64,000 nucleotides of DNA, taken from positions 32,001 to 96,000 of the forward strand of contig JAVRCJ020000001.1 of the NCBI GenBank assembly GCA_034530875.2, written 5' to 3'. The position numbers and the translations under genes are program-made. The stretch is from Nostoc sp. DedSLP01 (GTDB taxonomy: Bacteria > Cyanobacteriota > Cyanobacteriia > Cyanobacteriales > Nostocaceae). Below the pieces are notes generated by a model. It did no database searches and was not told the origin of the DNA. It worked only from the letters and a program-made list of their open reading frames with translations. The number at the start of each line of letters is the position of its first letter. Position 1 is the first letter of the stretch. This document shows positions 1-10,509 of the stretch, one piece after another.

Positions 1-134
1 AAATACACACCACAAGTTTAAATTCCAGAAACTGCCCAGAACCGTTGCTATTGGGCTGATGAAAGGACAAAGGGACAAAAATGGGCACAGAAGAGGGCTT
101 TACCTCTGCCTCTCTTCGCAATGCCCAACTTATA

Positions 135-461
135 TTATTTTTTTGCAATCTCTTCAAAGTCTGTTATCGCATAAGCAAACTCCCTAAAAGCTGTCTTAAT
201 GAGAACTTCTTTAGTTCCTCTTTCCAGAGAAGAATTGCGTATGAGGTCTGTTAATTCTATAAACAGCAGAGAAAACATGAAACGATCTTGACGGTCAACT
301 TGTTTCAAACAAGACAATATAAACTCATAAAGCTCCGTTTTTCTCGGCTTAGTTTGCTCATCCCATATCTGCAACCCAAGCCGAAAAGTCCTCAAACGGA
401 TTTCATTAGTGTTGTAGGACGCGTCTTTGTAGCGCACTGATACGCGTTGGGGTAAGTCCAT
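135..461 (-). CDS. hypothetical protein (108 aa)
   Basis: Open ORF with ATG start and plausible helical composition; no recognised motif. Confidence 0.6.
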   Translation of the reverse strand: MDLPQRVSVRYKDASYNTNEIRLRTFRLGLQIWDEQTKPRKTELYEFILSCLKQVDRQDRFMFSLLFIELTDLIRNSSLERGTKEVLIKTAFREFAYAITDFEEIAKK

Positions 462-566
462 GAGTTTTAGTTATGCATCTTTAATGTAAGGTAATTATTC
501 AGTTATATTTCGCCTCATCCGGAAAAATTTTTGATTAGTCATTGGTCATTGGTTATTTCTCTCCTT

Positions 567-636
567 GCCTCCCCACCTCCCCACCTCCCCATCTCCCCAT
601 CTCCCCATCTCCTCACCTCCCCATCTCCCCACTCCC
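567..636. repeat. STRR-type short tandem repeat array (CCCCAT/CCT units)
   Basis: Tandem ctccccac/ctccccat units directly after the CHAT gene stop. Confidence 0.85.
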
Positions 637-3492
637 TCATCTCCACTCGCCTTGTAGAGTGAAAGCTGCCCAATAATAAGGTGAGGTATATTTTTGAGTG
701 CGCCAAATTTCTAGCTGGGCTGTTCGTAATGCTGCGGCAGGTTTTAATCCTTCTTGTAGCATCTTTTTATAAAAGGCTTTCATCAGTTCCGATGTTGCCT
801 GGTCATCTACACTCCACAGACTCACTACAACTCGCGGACTGCCTGCATACATAAAACCTCTAGTTAATCCTACTAATCCTTCTCCTCTAACTTCCTCTCC
901 CAGTCCGGTTTTACAGGCGCTAAGAACCACTAGTTCTGCTTGGAGGTTGAGGTTGAAGACATCGTGCAAGCGTAAAAAGCCATTTTGTGGCATTCCTTTG
1001 TCGTCAAATAGCGACAAAACTATGCCTGATAATTCTGGATGTTTGCTGTTAAGAATGCCATGAGTAGCAAAATGAATGATGCGATATTGACTCAACTCGT
1101 TGCTAGTGGCAGTACTACGACTAGCGGTAAAGTCAAAAGCTGGCTTGGCTTTGTTAGCTGGAACAAGGGCAAGAATTTGCTCGGCTTCGTGACGTGTAAA
1201 TTGTAATCGGTCAAAGCTAATTTCTGAGTCTCTAGCAGCTCTAGATAAAGCCAAGTTGTTTAAATTCCCTTCTGCTACAGGTGGAGGAGACACTTGTTCT
1301 TTATTTTGCAGACGCTCATCATCAATACTAAAAATTGGATCTGCTAACACAACTAATGTTTTAGTAGCAGGTTTGCGTTTTTTATCTTCGCTTCTGAGAA
1401 TAGCAACTGTAGAAGCTGAGGGTAAAGTAATAATTTCGTGGTTAATTAATAATGGTTCGTAACTGGTATTTTTTTGAGAATTAGGTTTAGTCAGGGCAGC
1501 AAATGGTACGTATTGCAAAGCTCCATCGCTGACAACTACTAAGCGTTTCTTGTCGAGTTGTGCATTTACTGGTGCAAGTATAATTTTGGATAAAGCATCT
1601 ATAGATGGACTATTTTTGAGATATGGACTAGTGATTTCTTGACGCAATTTTTGAGCGATCGCTTCTATATCTGCACGCTTGGGTAGTTCGTAACTAGTTA
1701 TACTCTTATTAGTAACTGCCCACAGATAACTCCGACTTTCTCCTAAAGAATATTCTAAAAGTAAGGTGTCATCATCAAGTACTTGCTGTTGAATTTCGGC
1801 AAGTGAAAGAGGTTGAGGTTGAGTCAAGGCTGCATAATGCGGGCTGGTAGCACGTATTTTCACCTGGACTTGCTCGTATTGTTCTAAAGCTGCTTCATTT
1901 TCTTTTTCTAAAGCTTGTAGCTGGGCATTCGTGTAGTTTCCTCCTAATAGTTGTATGCGACGTTTTTCTAAAACATCAAGTTGTTTTTGTAAGTCGCGTT
2001 CTTGAGAAAGTAATTTTGGTTCTACACCTTGGCGAATATCAGCTTTAGCTTCTGTCAAAAGTTCCAAAAGACTCCGGGCGCGGGCGCGTTCGCTGGTTTG
2101 CAGTGCCAGAACATCATATCCTTTCGATGGTTGCTGCTTGTGCAGCTGCATCAACAAATCAATATAAAATTGATAATAATTTTGCACTGTCGCAAAATAG
2201 GAAGCCCGAAGTTCTTGAGAGTTAATTTTGGTACGTAAGTCTTCAACAATGTTGATGACTTTTTTGATTTGATTCAGGGCTGCGTCAAGATTGCCCTGTT
2301 TGCGTTCAGCAGAAGCAATCTTATAAAGAGTCAGAGCTTCTCCTCCTCTATTTCCTACTTTTTGATATAGAGATAGAGATTGCTGATAATAATCTGATGC
2401 CTTTTTTTGATCTCCTAAATCTGAGTAAATTAGACCAATGTTACCGAGGTTAGCTGCTAAACCTAATTTATTTTCCACAGCTTGAAACAAAGGTAAAGAT
2501 TGCTGGAAGTAATCTAAGGCTTTTTGTTTTTCTCCCATTTTGGAGTAGACATCGCCAATATTATTTATAGTCCGAGCTTCCCCTCCTTTGTCCCCTAGTT
2601 TCCGAGTAATAATTAGAGATTTTTGAAAATAATCAAGAGCCTTTTGGTGTTCTTGCAAATCTGAGTAGATAGTGCCAATATTGTTAAGAGAGATAGATTC
2701 TGCTGATTTGTCTCCCAGTTCTTGGCATAAAGCCAAAGATTGGAGGAAATAATCTAGTGCTTTTTGTTGTTGCCCTAAATCTAGATAAATCATGCCAATA
2801 TTATTAATAGTGCGGGCTTCTCCTAATTTGTCTTTTACTTCACGTCTGAGAGTCAGGGATTGTTGAAAATAATCTAGTGCCTTTTGGGATTCGCCTGAGT
2901 TTAAATAAACATTGCCAATATTGTTAATTGTACGGGCTTCCCCGACTTTATCTCCTATCTCTCGCTTAATTAACAAAGCTTGGTGAAAATAATCTAGGGC
3001 TTTTTGTAATTCTCCTATATCTGAGTAGACGTTACCAATATTATTGAGGGTAATAGTTTCTCCTGTTTTATCTCCTATTTCATGTCTGATTAATAGGGCT
3101 TGATTCAAATAAAGAAGTGCTTTTTGCTGTTGTCCTAAATCTGAGTAAATTTTGCCGAGGTGAGCAACGGTAAAAGCTTCTGAGGGACGATCGCCAATTT
3201 TTTGATACAGTGGAAGTGCTTGTTCAAATTTAGCGATCGCCTTTAACAAAGATTCCCCTGTTCCTTGCTCGTATAGCTTTTTCCCCTCTTTATATGCCAT
3301 ATCGGCAGCAGCACTAATTGCATCATTGGTCTGCGTTGTCTGTGCAATATTTACCGGATATTCTTTAGCAATTGCCAGATTTGATTCTGTAAATAATAAA
3401 ATGCCGATAAAAAAAAGAAAACTGCGACTTGCCACAAATGGTAAAAGTTGCCATTGTATTGAGTTAGATATTTTTAATTTAGTCATATACAT
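637..3492 (-). CDS. CHAT-domain (caspase-like, HetF family) TPR protein, probably exported
   Basis: N-terminal hydrophobic segment; ~8-9 TPR repeats ([20 protein letters not shown]); CHAT dyad IIHFATHG / VVLSACKTG; ends [13 protein letters not shown]. Confidence 0.93.
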   Translation of the reverse strand: MYMTKLKISNSIQWQLLPFVASRSFLFFIGILLFTESNLAIAKEYPVNIAQTTQTNDAISAAADMAYKEGKKLYEQGTGESLLKAIAKFEQALPLYQKIGDRPSEAFTVAHLGKIYSDLGQQQKALLYLNQALLIRHEIGDKTGETITLNNIGNVYSDIGELQKALDYFHQALLIKREIGDKVGEARTINNIGNVYLNSGESQKALDYFQQSLTLRREVKDKLGEARTINNIGMIYLDLGQQQKALDYFLQSLALCQELGDKSAESISLNNIGTIYSDLQEHQKALDYFQKSLIITRKLGDKGGEARTINNIGDVYSKMGEKQKALDYFQQSLPLFQAVENKLGLAANLGNIGLIYSDLGDQKKASDYYQQSLSLYQKVGNRGGEALTLYKIASAERKQGNLDAALNQIKKVINIVEDLRTKINSQELRASYFATVQNYYQFYIDLLMQLHKQQPSKGYDVLALQTSERARARSLLELLTEAKADIRQGVEPKLLSQERDLQKQLDVLEKRRIQLLGGNYTNAQLQALEKENEAALEQYEQVQVKIRATSPHYAALTQPQPLSLAEIQQQVLDDDTLLLEYSLGESRSYLWAVTNKSITSYELPKRADIEAIAQKLRQEITSPYLKNSPSIDALSKIILAPVNAQLDKKRLVVVSDGALQYVPFAALTKPNSQKNTSYEPLLINHEIITLPSASTVAILRSEDKKRKPATKTLVVLADPIFSIDDERLQNKEQVSPPPVAEGNLNNLALSRAARDSEISFDRLQFTRHEAEQILALVPANKAKPAFDFTASRSTATSNELSQYRIIHFATHGILNSKHPELSGIVLSLFDDKGMPQNGFLRLHDVFNLNLQAELVVLSACKTGLGEEVRGEGLVGLTRGFMYAGSPRVVVSLWSVDDQATSELMKAFYKKMLQEGLKPAAALRTAQLEIWRTQKYTSPYYWAAFTLQGEWR

Positions 3493-3765
3493 CTGCGTTT
3501 TTCTAGCTTCCTTGATTTAGGATTCCCAAAAGGAAGTAAAAAATAATAAATTTCCTCGTTGTATTCCAGAAGTTTGTACGCGCTGATACAAGAGTGATGA
3601 ATTTATATCCGCGATCGCAAAACCTAAAAACCACGTTAAATAACTTACAGTTTGGAACTAGTAAAACTTTATTACATTTTTATGCTACACGTAGTACTCA
3701 AATATCTCTATGTCATAATTATTGAAACCAAAAAATCTACAGTGTAACCAATTTTTGTAACAACA

Positions 3766-4767
3766 ATGAAATCTTTAACCTTTACAATCGAGAAACAATT
3801 GAAGCATTTTGGTATTTGTGATGCCTCTGCAGCAGTTCCTTTAGGAGAAGATTATTTTATTGTTGGTAATGACGAAGCCGATGAAAAACTAGGTAATGTC
3901 CTGAGAGTTTATGCTTCTCATACATCAGGCCCGCCTATTAAAATCGGCTCATCCGAGCAGACAAGTATCGATATAAATGGTTATTTTGAAAACAATCCTA
4001 AAAATAAAGAAATTGATTTAGAAGCTGTTTCAGAACTGAATGGAGTAATTTATTGGATTACTTCTCATGGAAGAAATAAAAAGGGAAAATTTAAACCAGA
4101 ACGCCATCAATTTTTTGGTACGAGAATCACTCAAACTGACGGTTCGATTCTGGAACAAGTTGGGAAATCTTATACGCAATTAGTATTGCGAGATATGCTT
4201 GAAGATAGCAAACTTGAGATTTTGAACTTCAAGGAAGCAGAAACTTTAGCACCGAAAGCAAAAGGTGGTCTATGTATTGAGGGATTAACTGCAACACCTG
4301 AAGGAGAGTTATTAATTGGTTTTCGCAATCCTATTCCTCAAGGTAAAGCCCTATTAGTAACTTTAAAAAATCCTCACGAGCTAGCGAACGATCCTGATAC
4401 AGCAAGGGCAGTTTTTGGAGATACTATTGAACTTGATTTAGGAGGATTAGGAATTCGCAGTATCGAATATTGGTCGTCAATTGAAGCTTATTTAATTATT
4501 GCCGGGCCCTTTGATGGAGGTGATGAATTTGCTTTATATTCCTGGTCAGGTAATTGTCAGGATAACCCTAAATTGGTTGAGTCACTTCAATTTCCTGAAA
4601 AGTTCCGTCCTGAGTCAGTGCTATTTTATCCACATCTTAAAGATACATTTCAAATCTTGAGCGATGATGGTGCTGTTTTGAGAGCAAACGGTCAGCCATG
4701 CAAAGATATTCAAGATAAAAATCATCCGGAAAAATACTTCCAGAGTATTTGGGTAAAAGTTACCTAA
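3766..4767 (+). CDS. DUF3616-like protein
   Basis: DASAAV, GNDE, DLEA, YWITSHGR, IEGL, GFRNP, LDLGGLGIRS motifs typical of DUF3616 proteins. Confidence 0.75.
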   Translation: MKSLTFTIEKQLKHFGICDASAAVPLGEDYFIVGNDEADEKLGNVLRVYASHTSGPPIKIGSSEQTSIDINGYFENNPKNKEIDLEAVSELNGVIYWITSHGRNKKGKFKPERHQFFGTRITQTDGSILEQVGKSYTQLVLRDMLEDSKLEILNFKEAETLAPKAKGGLCIEGLTATPEGELLIGFRNPIPQGKALLVTLKNPHELANDPDTARAVFGDTIELDLGGLGIRSIEYWSSIEAYLIIAGPFDGGDEFALYSWSGNCQDNPKLVESLQFPEKFRPESVLFYPHLKDTFQILSDDGAVLRANGQPCKDIQDKNHPEKYFQSIWVKVT

Positions 4768-4772
4768 ACCCT

Positions 4773-4803
4773 TGTAGAGACGTAGCAATGCTACGTCTCT
4801 ACA
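4773..4803. repeat. GTAG-type REP palindrome between convergent genes (possible terminator)
   Basis: TGTAGAGACGTAGCA-A-TGCTACGTCTCTACA, perfect 15-1-15 inverted repeat. Confidence 0.85.
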
Positions 4804-4846
4804 TTACATTTTCGCTCCTATGTCTCAATACCTGGGAATAAAAAGA

Positions 4847-6424
4847 TTAGGCTGGTTGTATTTCTGGATTACCATCTGTAACTACAAATGAAGCCTTTTT
4901 GCTAATAGTGCCAAATTGAGTCGTTACCTCTGACACTGCAAGATAATCTGTTTTCCAGGTTGTGGGAGTTACCGCACAGCGAACATATCCTCGTCTATTG
5001 TTGTAAAACTTAACCTGTGGGTTTTCTGCGATGTAACTGGGGATAGTGTCTGAGCCATTTCCACCGGAGGATATTGAAGTACAGACGAATTCACTCCCCA
5101 CCGTAGGAGATTGTGGGTTATTAAAGTCAGCCTTTAAATTTATTGCCCAGTGGTTATGGACATCGCCTGTTAAGACTACTGGATTAGATGGTTTACGCTG
5201 TTCTAAGAAACGCAAAAGGCGATCGCGGGAAGCCACATAACCATCCCACTTATCCATACTATAGGTTGCGCCTGGCCCGGCTGTTCTGTCTATTTGAGCA
5301 ACTATAACTTGCTGAGCTAAAACGTTCCACTTAGCCTGCGATTTATTTAAGCCGTCATATAGCCAATCCTCCTGTGCTTTACCGGTAATGGTTCCATTCG
5401 GTTCTAGTCCACAAGGACGCGGTGTAGTACCATCACCACAAGGCTGATCGGTGCGATATTGGCGGGTATCTAATACATGGAAGGTTGCTAACTTACCAAA
5501 GTTCAGTCGGCGATAAAGTTGCATATTAGGGCCAACCGGACGTTGTAACGGACGCAAAGGCATGTGTTCGTAGTAAGCCTGATAAGCTACAGCCCGACGT
5601 TGCAGGAAGATTGCCGGGTCTTGGTCTGGTTCTGTATCAATTTCCGAGATGTCGTTGGCGTAGTTATTTTCTACCTCGTGGTCGTCCCAAGTAACAATCC
5701 AGGGAAATGCTGCATGAGCTGCTTGCAGGTTGGTATCAGTTTTATAGAGGGCGTGACGGTTGCGGTAATCTTCTAAGGTGAAAATTTCTGCACTATTGTG
5801 TTGTCTGGGGCCAGTGGTTGAGATTCCCCCTTCATAGATGTAATCGCCAACATGCACTACTAAATCGAGGTCGTCCTGTGCTAAATATTTGTAGGCGGTG
5901 TAGAATCCCTGCTGATAATTTTGGCAGGATACTAGGGCAAAGTTCAACTTATTCAAGTAGCCATTTGCCAAAGGTGCTGTACGAGTGCGACCAATGGGGC
6001 TAGAGTAGTCCTTAACAAAAAAGCGATACCAGTACCAAGTATCAGATTGTAGTCTTTCTACGACAACTCGAACCGAGTGACCTAGTTCTGGGGTTGCCAC
6101 TACTGTGCCTCTGGAGACAATGCGCCTCATCTGTTCATCAGTAGACACTTCCCAGTGAATTGGTACATTCTTCGGTGGCATTCCACCTCCATTTAAGGGG
6201 TCGGGAGCCAGACGAGTCCAAATCACAACGCTACTGGCATCGGGGTCGCCCGATGCTATACCCAAAGTGAAAGGATAATCGGAAAATCTGTCTTTAGCAA
6301 TCGCTGTTTGATGAGAAAATTGATTGGCGATCGCAAAACCACTTAACGCACCTGCACCAATAATTAAATTGCGTCGTTTGATTCGAGTATCCAAAAAACG
6401 CCCCAAATCCCGATAATCTACCAT
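4847..6424 (-). CDS. phoD: PhoD family alkaline phosphatase with Tat signal
   Basis: KRRNLI twin-arginine signal; FTLGIASGDP, HVGDYIYE, WDDHEVENN, LDTRQYR, TGDVH motifs. Confidence 0.95.
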   Translation of the reverse strand: MVDYRDLGRFLDTRIKRRNLIIGAGALSGFAIANQFSHQTAIAKDRFSDYPFTLGIASGDPDASSVVIWTRLAPDPLNGGGMPPKNVPIHWEVSTDEQMRRIVSRGTVVATPELGHSVRVVVERLQSDTWYWYRFFVKDYSSPIGRTRTAPLANGYLNKLNFALVSCQNYQQGFYTAYKYLAQDDLDLVVHVGDYIYEGGISTTGPRQHNSAEIFTLEDYRNRHALYKTDTNLQAAHAAFPWIVTWDDHEVENNYANDISEIDTEPDQDPAIFLQRRAVAYQAYYEHMPLRPLQRPVGPNMQLYRRLNFGKLATFHVLDTRQYRTDQPCGDGTTPRPCGLEPNGTITGKAQEDWLYDGLNKSQAKWNVLAQQVIVAQIDRTAGPGATYSMDKWDGYVASRDRLLRFLEQRKPSNPVVLTGDVHNHWAINLKADFNNPQSPTVGSEFVCTSISSGGNGSDTIPSYIAENPQVKFYNNRRGYVRCAVTPTTWKTDYLAVSEVTTQFGTISKKASFVVTDGNPEIQPA

Positions 6425-6689
6425 TTTTTACTCCTGGTTAACTGGTAATTTGTCATTTTTGAGTTAAAAATAAACAATGATTAATGACTAATCACCAATG
6501 CTTAATTACAAACAATGACTAATTCTTGAAATTGTTTAGTATTAATTATTTTCGTGTTAATTAATACATTGTCTTGTTTAATTTTCTAATCAGTAGCTTG
6601 TCATTGCTGATTACGGTGATGAGAATAAATATTTGGCAATTCAGCTTGAAAAACAAAGAGACAAGTTTTCCAATGCTTGAAACAAACAT

Positions 6690-6733
6690 ATAGTAAATTT
6701 GTAAGTTTAAGCAAAGTTTAATCATTGGTAAAA
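6690..6733 (-). promoter_or_regulatory. Pho box (SphR/PhoB) triplet plus -10 element upstream of phoD
   Basis: Minus strand TTTTACCA-atg-ATTAAACT-ttg-CTTAAACT with 11-bp period (6733-6704), followed by TACTAT (6695-6690). Confidence 0.7.
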
Positions 6734-7067
6734 ATTGCAGCAAATTTGTTTTGCTAATCAAAAAATTACTCAAACACAAAATATTTTTGTAAAAGAATTT
6801 TTGTTAACTTTTGCTGATATAATCTCAGCCTAAAAATCTGTTTTAATGATTTACATCAAACTACATACTGTAGCCTCTAAGCTTTAGAACTGCGACTTTT
6901 GAGAAAACTCCGGTATCTGTGTCGATAAAGCCTCATTCTGCTGAGACTTTGTAGTTGATTGTAGTTTAATGTAAAGTTTCAGCCTGCTTTTGGGAATACT
7001 TAATTTAGTCAACCATCGTTGGCAATTTGAGCTACCTAATCTAGAACCAAGGCATTTTGAGATAAAT

Positions 7068-7808
7068 ATGAAATTAACTAAGCTATCTCAATATTTTGTA
7101 ATCTTTTCTTTACCATTATGTTTGAATTTTGCTCAGTCTAGTTTTACGGCGCGGGCAGAAGCTCAGTTATCAAATCCGGGCAAAACTTGGCAAATTAGTC
7201 AAACATTTAAGCCACCAAAACGGGGGGCGCCTCCGGTAAGTGCTGGCGGTTCAACTCGTGGAGGCTCTTGTCTGGCGCGTAAAAAATTCATTATTCCCTT
7301 AATGCCTCAAAATAAGTTAGGGCTAACAGTTAGCGAACGTCCAACATTTTTCTGGTATATTCCTGAATCTTCAGTCAAAACAGCGAAGTTTTTACTTTTT
7401 GCTGATAATGACGAGACATTATTGTATGAAAAATCTTTTACACTTCCAGATAAACCAGGAATTGCTAGCTTTACACTTCCTAAAAATGTTCCGGGATTGA
7501 CAGTAGATAAAACTTATCACTGGTACATGACAATTGTTTGTAATTCTCAAGACTCTAGCAATAATCCGATTGTAGATGGTTGGGTAGAACGAATTAAACC
7601 TGGATTAGCATTGTCCGAAGCATTAGCAAAAGCAGATTTACGACAATTACCTAGCATCTATGCAGAAGCAGGAATTTGGCATGAAGCCCTGACTAGTTTA
7701 GTGCAATTACGCCAAACCGAACCGAATAATTTAAAAGCGAGACTGGGTTGGAGAGAATTTTTCAAATCAGTTGGTTTAGATGCGATCGCTTCAAGTCCAT
7801 TAATTTAA
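7068..7808 (+). CDS. DUF928 domain-containing exported protein
   Basis: F.PP.RGAP...GG.TRG, GLT..ERPTFFWYIP, YHWY, YAEAGIWHEAL motifs; ATG at 7068 gives a signal peptide (ORF track start 6990). Confidence 0.88.
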   Translation: MKLTKLSQYFVIFSLPLCLNFAQSSFTARAEAQLSNPGKTWQISQTFKPPKRGAPPVSAGGSTRGGSCLARKKFIIPLMPQNKLGLTVSERPTFFWYIPESSVKTAKFLLFADNDETLLYEKSFTLPDKPGIASFTLPKNVPGLTVDKTYHWYMTIVCNSQDSSNNPIVDGWVERIKPGLALSEALAKADLRQLPSIYAEAGIWHEALTSLVQLRQTEPNNLKARLGWREFFKSVGLDAIASSPLI

Positions 7809-7882
7809 AGCGACTGGGGACTGGGGATTAGGTACTGGGGAAACAGTGAGTGTGGGAGAGGCCGGAGGTATAAATTCTCTTT

Positions 7883-7972
7883 CTCCCCACACTCCCCATC
7901 TCCCCATCTCCCCACACTTCCCACACTTCCCACACTCCCCACACTCCCCATCTCCCCACTCCCCACTCCCTA
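7883..7972. repeat. STRR-type array (CCCCACT / CCCACACTT units)
   Basis: Tandem C-rich 7-9 mers; G-rich complementary units (gactggg) at 7812-7840. Confidence 0.8.
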
Positions 7973-7975
7973 CTT

Positions 7976-10198
7976 ATGATGTGGAAAAAGCTCAAACCCC
8001 GAATTTGGCAATGGCGGGGTGTTTTATTGGCAGTTCCCAATATTACAATCCTGGTAATTGGACTACGCTTAACTGGATTACTACAATTATTGGAATTGGC
8101 TGCACTAGACCAATTTTTTCTCCTGCGTCCGCGAGAGCCAGTTGATAGCCGGATTGTAATAGTTGAAATTAATGAGGCAGATGTCCGCAAACAAGGACAG
8201 TGGCCGATGTCGGATGCAGCGCTTGCTAGTGTATTAGAGAAGATTAAACAGCAGCAACCTAGAGCGATCGGTTTAGATATTTATCGCGATCTACCTGTAA
8301 ATCCCGGCCATGAAGCTCTTGTGAAAGTCTTTAAATCTACCCCAAATTTAATTGGCGTACAAAAAACATCTGAGAGTTTCGATAGTTCTTCGGTTAACGC
8401 ATCTCCAATACTAAAAGAACGCAATCAAATTGGAGGAAACGATTTACCTTTAGATGGTGATGGCAAAATTCGCCGGGGATTACTCTATCTGAATTTAAAG
8501 AATGATGAAGTTCTAGAAAGTTTTGCTTTGAAGCTGGCATTGTTGTACTTAAAACCTGAAGGCATTACCGAACAACCAGCTGCATATAACTCTAATTACT
8601 TACAGCTAAAACGAGGTGTTTTTCCTATTTTTGAAAGTAATGATGGCGGTTATGTTCGAGCAGATGCAGGCAGCTATCAAATACTTTTAAATTATCACGG
8701 ACGGATACAACAATTTTTGAAAATTACCCTTGCAGACTTACAAGAAAACCGCATTCCACCAAATTTAATGCGCGGTAAGGTGGTATTAATTGGAGCTACG
8801 GCCGAGAGTTTGAAAGATTTATTTTATACGCCTTACAGCAGTAATTTATTTACCGCTACGGAACGGATGGCTGGCGTGGCAATTCATGCTAATTTAATTA
8901 GTCAAATTTTGAGTGCGGCTATGGATGGCCGTGGAGCGATACAGACTTTGCCTGAATCGATAGAATGGTTATTAATTTTGGGCTGGTCAATTATTGGCGC
9001 GACTTCATGTTGGGTACAACGCCACAGTAATCACCAGAGAATTTTCTTAACTGTTGGCGTCGCAAGTGGCGGCTTACTCGGTGGGAGTTTTTTGGCATTT
9101 CTAGCTGGTTGGTGGGTTCCTGTTGTACCTTCACTGCTAGCTTTAGGAGGTTCTGCGATCGCAGTTACTCAGTATATCGCTCAAGGTTCTGCCCAGATGC
9201 GAAAAACTCTCGGTCGTTATCTCACTGATGAGATTATCGCCAATATCCTCGAAACTCCTTCTGGCTTAAAGTTAGGCGGCGAACGTAAAAAAGTTACAGT
9301 TTTGGTGTCTGACTTGAGAGGATTTTCGGCTATTTCCGAACAATTACCCCCTGAAGAAGTAGTCAGAATTATCAATCTTTATTTGGGAGCAATGACAGAT
9401 GTAATTAACTACTATAAAGGTACGATTACTGAGTTTATGGGTGATGGAATTTTTGTAATTTTTGGCGCGCCAGTTACTCGCGTAGATGATTCTCAAAGAG
9501 CGATCGCCTGTGCTATTGACATGCAATTAGAAATGCAAAAAGTCAACGAAATCAATCGACAAATGAATTTTCCCATTCTCGAAATGGGAATTGGAATTAG
9601 TACTGGCGAAGTCGTAGCTGGAAATATTGGTTCTCAAAAACGCGCTCAATACACAGTAACCGGCTCTCATGTAAATTTAGCTGCCAGAATTGAAACTTAT
9701 ACTGTGGGCGGACAGATTTTAATTTCTGAAAATACCTATAAAGATGCCAACATTGACCTCAAAATTGCGGGAGAATTAGAAATTAAACCCAAGGGTATAA
9801 AAGAGCCAGTGAAGATTTTTGACATTCACGGCATTGGCGGTCAATATAACTTGTTTTTGGTTGAAGATGATGAAGCAATGGTCGCTCTCAATCCAGAAAT
9901 ATCTTTAGAATACAATATTTTGGAAGGAAAACAGGTCAGCGGAACAGTATTTCCAGGAGCTTTAGTTTACCTGTCAGAAAAAACAGCACAATTGCAATCT
10001 TCTCATTTATTAGAACCTTTGAGTAATCTCAAACTCAAATTATTAATTGAGCCAGAATTAACGGCAGAAGGAGAACAAATTTACGCCAAGGTAATTAAAC
10101 AGACTGATGCTGACAAGCAACTTTTCCTGATTCGATTTACAGCTATTCCTCCAAAAGCGATCGCATTTCTCAATGCACTCCGTCAGTCGGGAAATTGA
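7976..10198 (+). CDS. CHASE2-domain class III nucleotidyl cyclase (Cya2-like), C-terminal PilZ-like region
   Basis: CHASE2 (IGLDIYRD, D.DG.IRR, GV.IHAN..SQI); ~3 TM helices; cyclase SDLRGF, EFMGDG, GNIGS, VNLAARIE. Confidence 0.92.
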   Translation: MMWKKLKPRIWQWRGVLLAVPNITILVIGLRLTGLLQLLELAALDQFFLLRPREPVDSRIVIVEINEADVRKQGQWPMSDAALASVLEKIKQQQPRAIGLDIYRDLPVNPGHEALVKVFKSTPNLIGVQKTSESFDSSSVNASPILKERNQIGGNDLPLDGDGKIRRGLLYLNLKNDEVLESFALKLALLYLKPEGITEQPAAYNSNYLQLKRGVFPIFESNDGGYVRADAGSYQILLNYHGRIQQFLKITLADLQENRIPPNLMRGKVVLIGATAESLKDLFYTPYSSNLFTATERMAGVAIHANLISQILSAAMDGRGAIQTLPESIEWLLILGWSIIGATSCWVQRHSNHQRIFLTVGVASGGLLGGSFLAFLAGWWVPVVPSLLALGGSAIAVTQYIAQGSAQMRKTLGRYLTDEIIANILETPSGLKLGGERKKVTVLVSDLRGFSAISEQLPPEEVVRIINLYLGAMTDVINYYKGTITEFMGDGIFVIFGAPVTRVDDSQRAIACAIDMQLEMQKVNEINRQMNFPILEMGIGISTGEVVAGNIGSQKRAQYTVTGSHVNLAARIETYTVGGQILISENTYKDANIDLKIAGELEIKPKGIKEPVKIFDIHGIGGQYNLFLVEDDEAMVALNPEISLEYNILEGKQVSGTVFPGALVYLSEKTAQLQSSHLLEPLSNLKLKLLIEPELTAEGEQIYAKVIKQTDADKQLFLIRFTAIPPKAIAFLNALRQSGN

Positions 10199-10509
10199 AG
10201 AATACACAATACACAATTAATCAGTAGAGGATGCCTTGTAGCTTCTTGCTATTATAGGCTGATTATTCTACCTTTTTTATAAAAAATTACATCTATCTTT
10301 GATTATAAATATTATAATAGCAATTTGTAATTATAAATTATTTTCTGTTAAAAGCATTAGTAGATTGGATTGGCAAAATCGCTGTTTGCTTTCTCAAAAT
10401 ACCTGTTTTTTCAATTTTTTACCGCTTTTCACTCAATTGTAGCAATGCCTGAACACAATGTTAGTCGTTTGTATGTTAGGTATAAAATTATAGAAACCTG
10501 GAGAAAACG

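Noticed and set aside
567..636. Tandem repeats here and at 7883-7972, 49195-49232 and 54549-54665 as possible CRISPR arrays
   Set aside because: They are 7-9-mer STRRs without unique spacers, and no cas genes are in the window
7828..8190. ORFs 7828-8190 (-) and 7846-8145 (+)
   Set aside because: Translations of STRR repeats overlapping the cyclase gene
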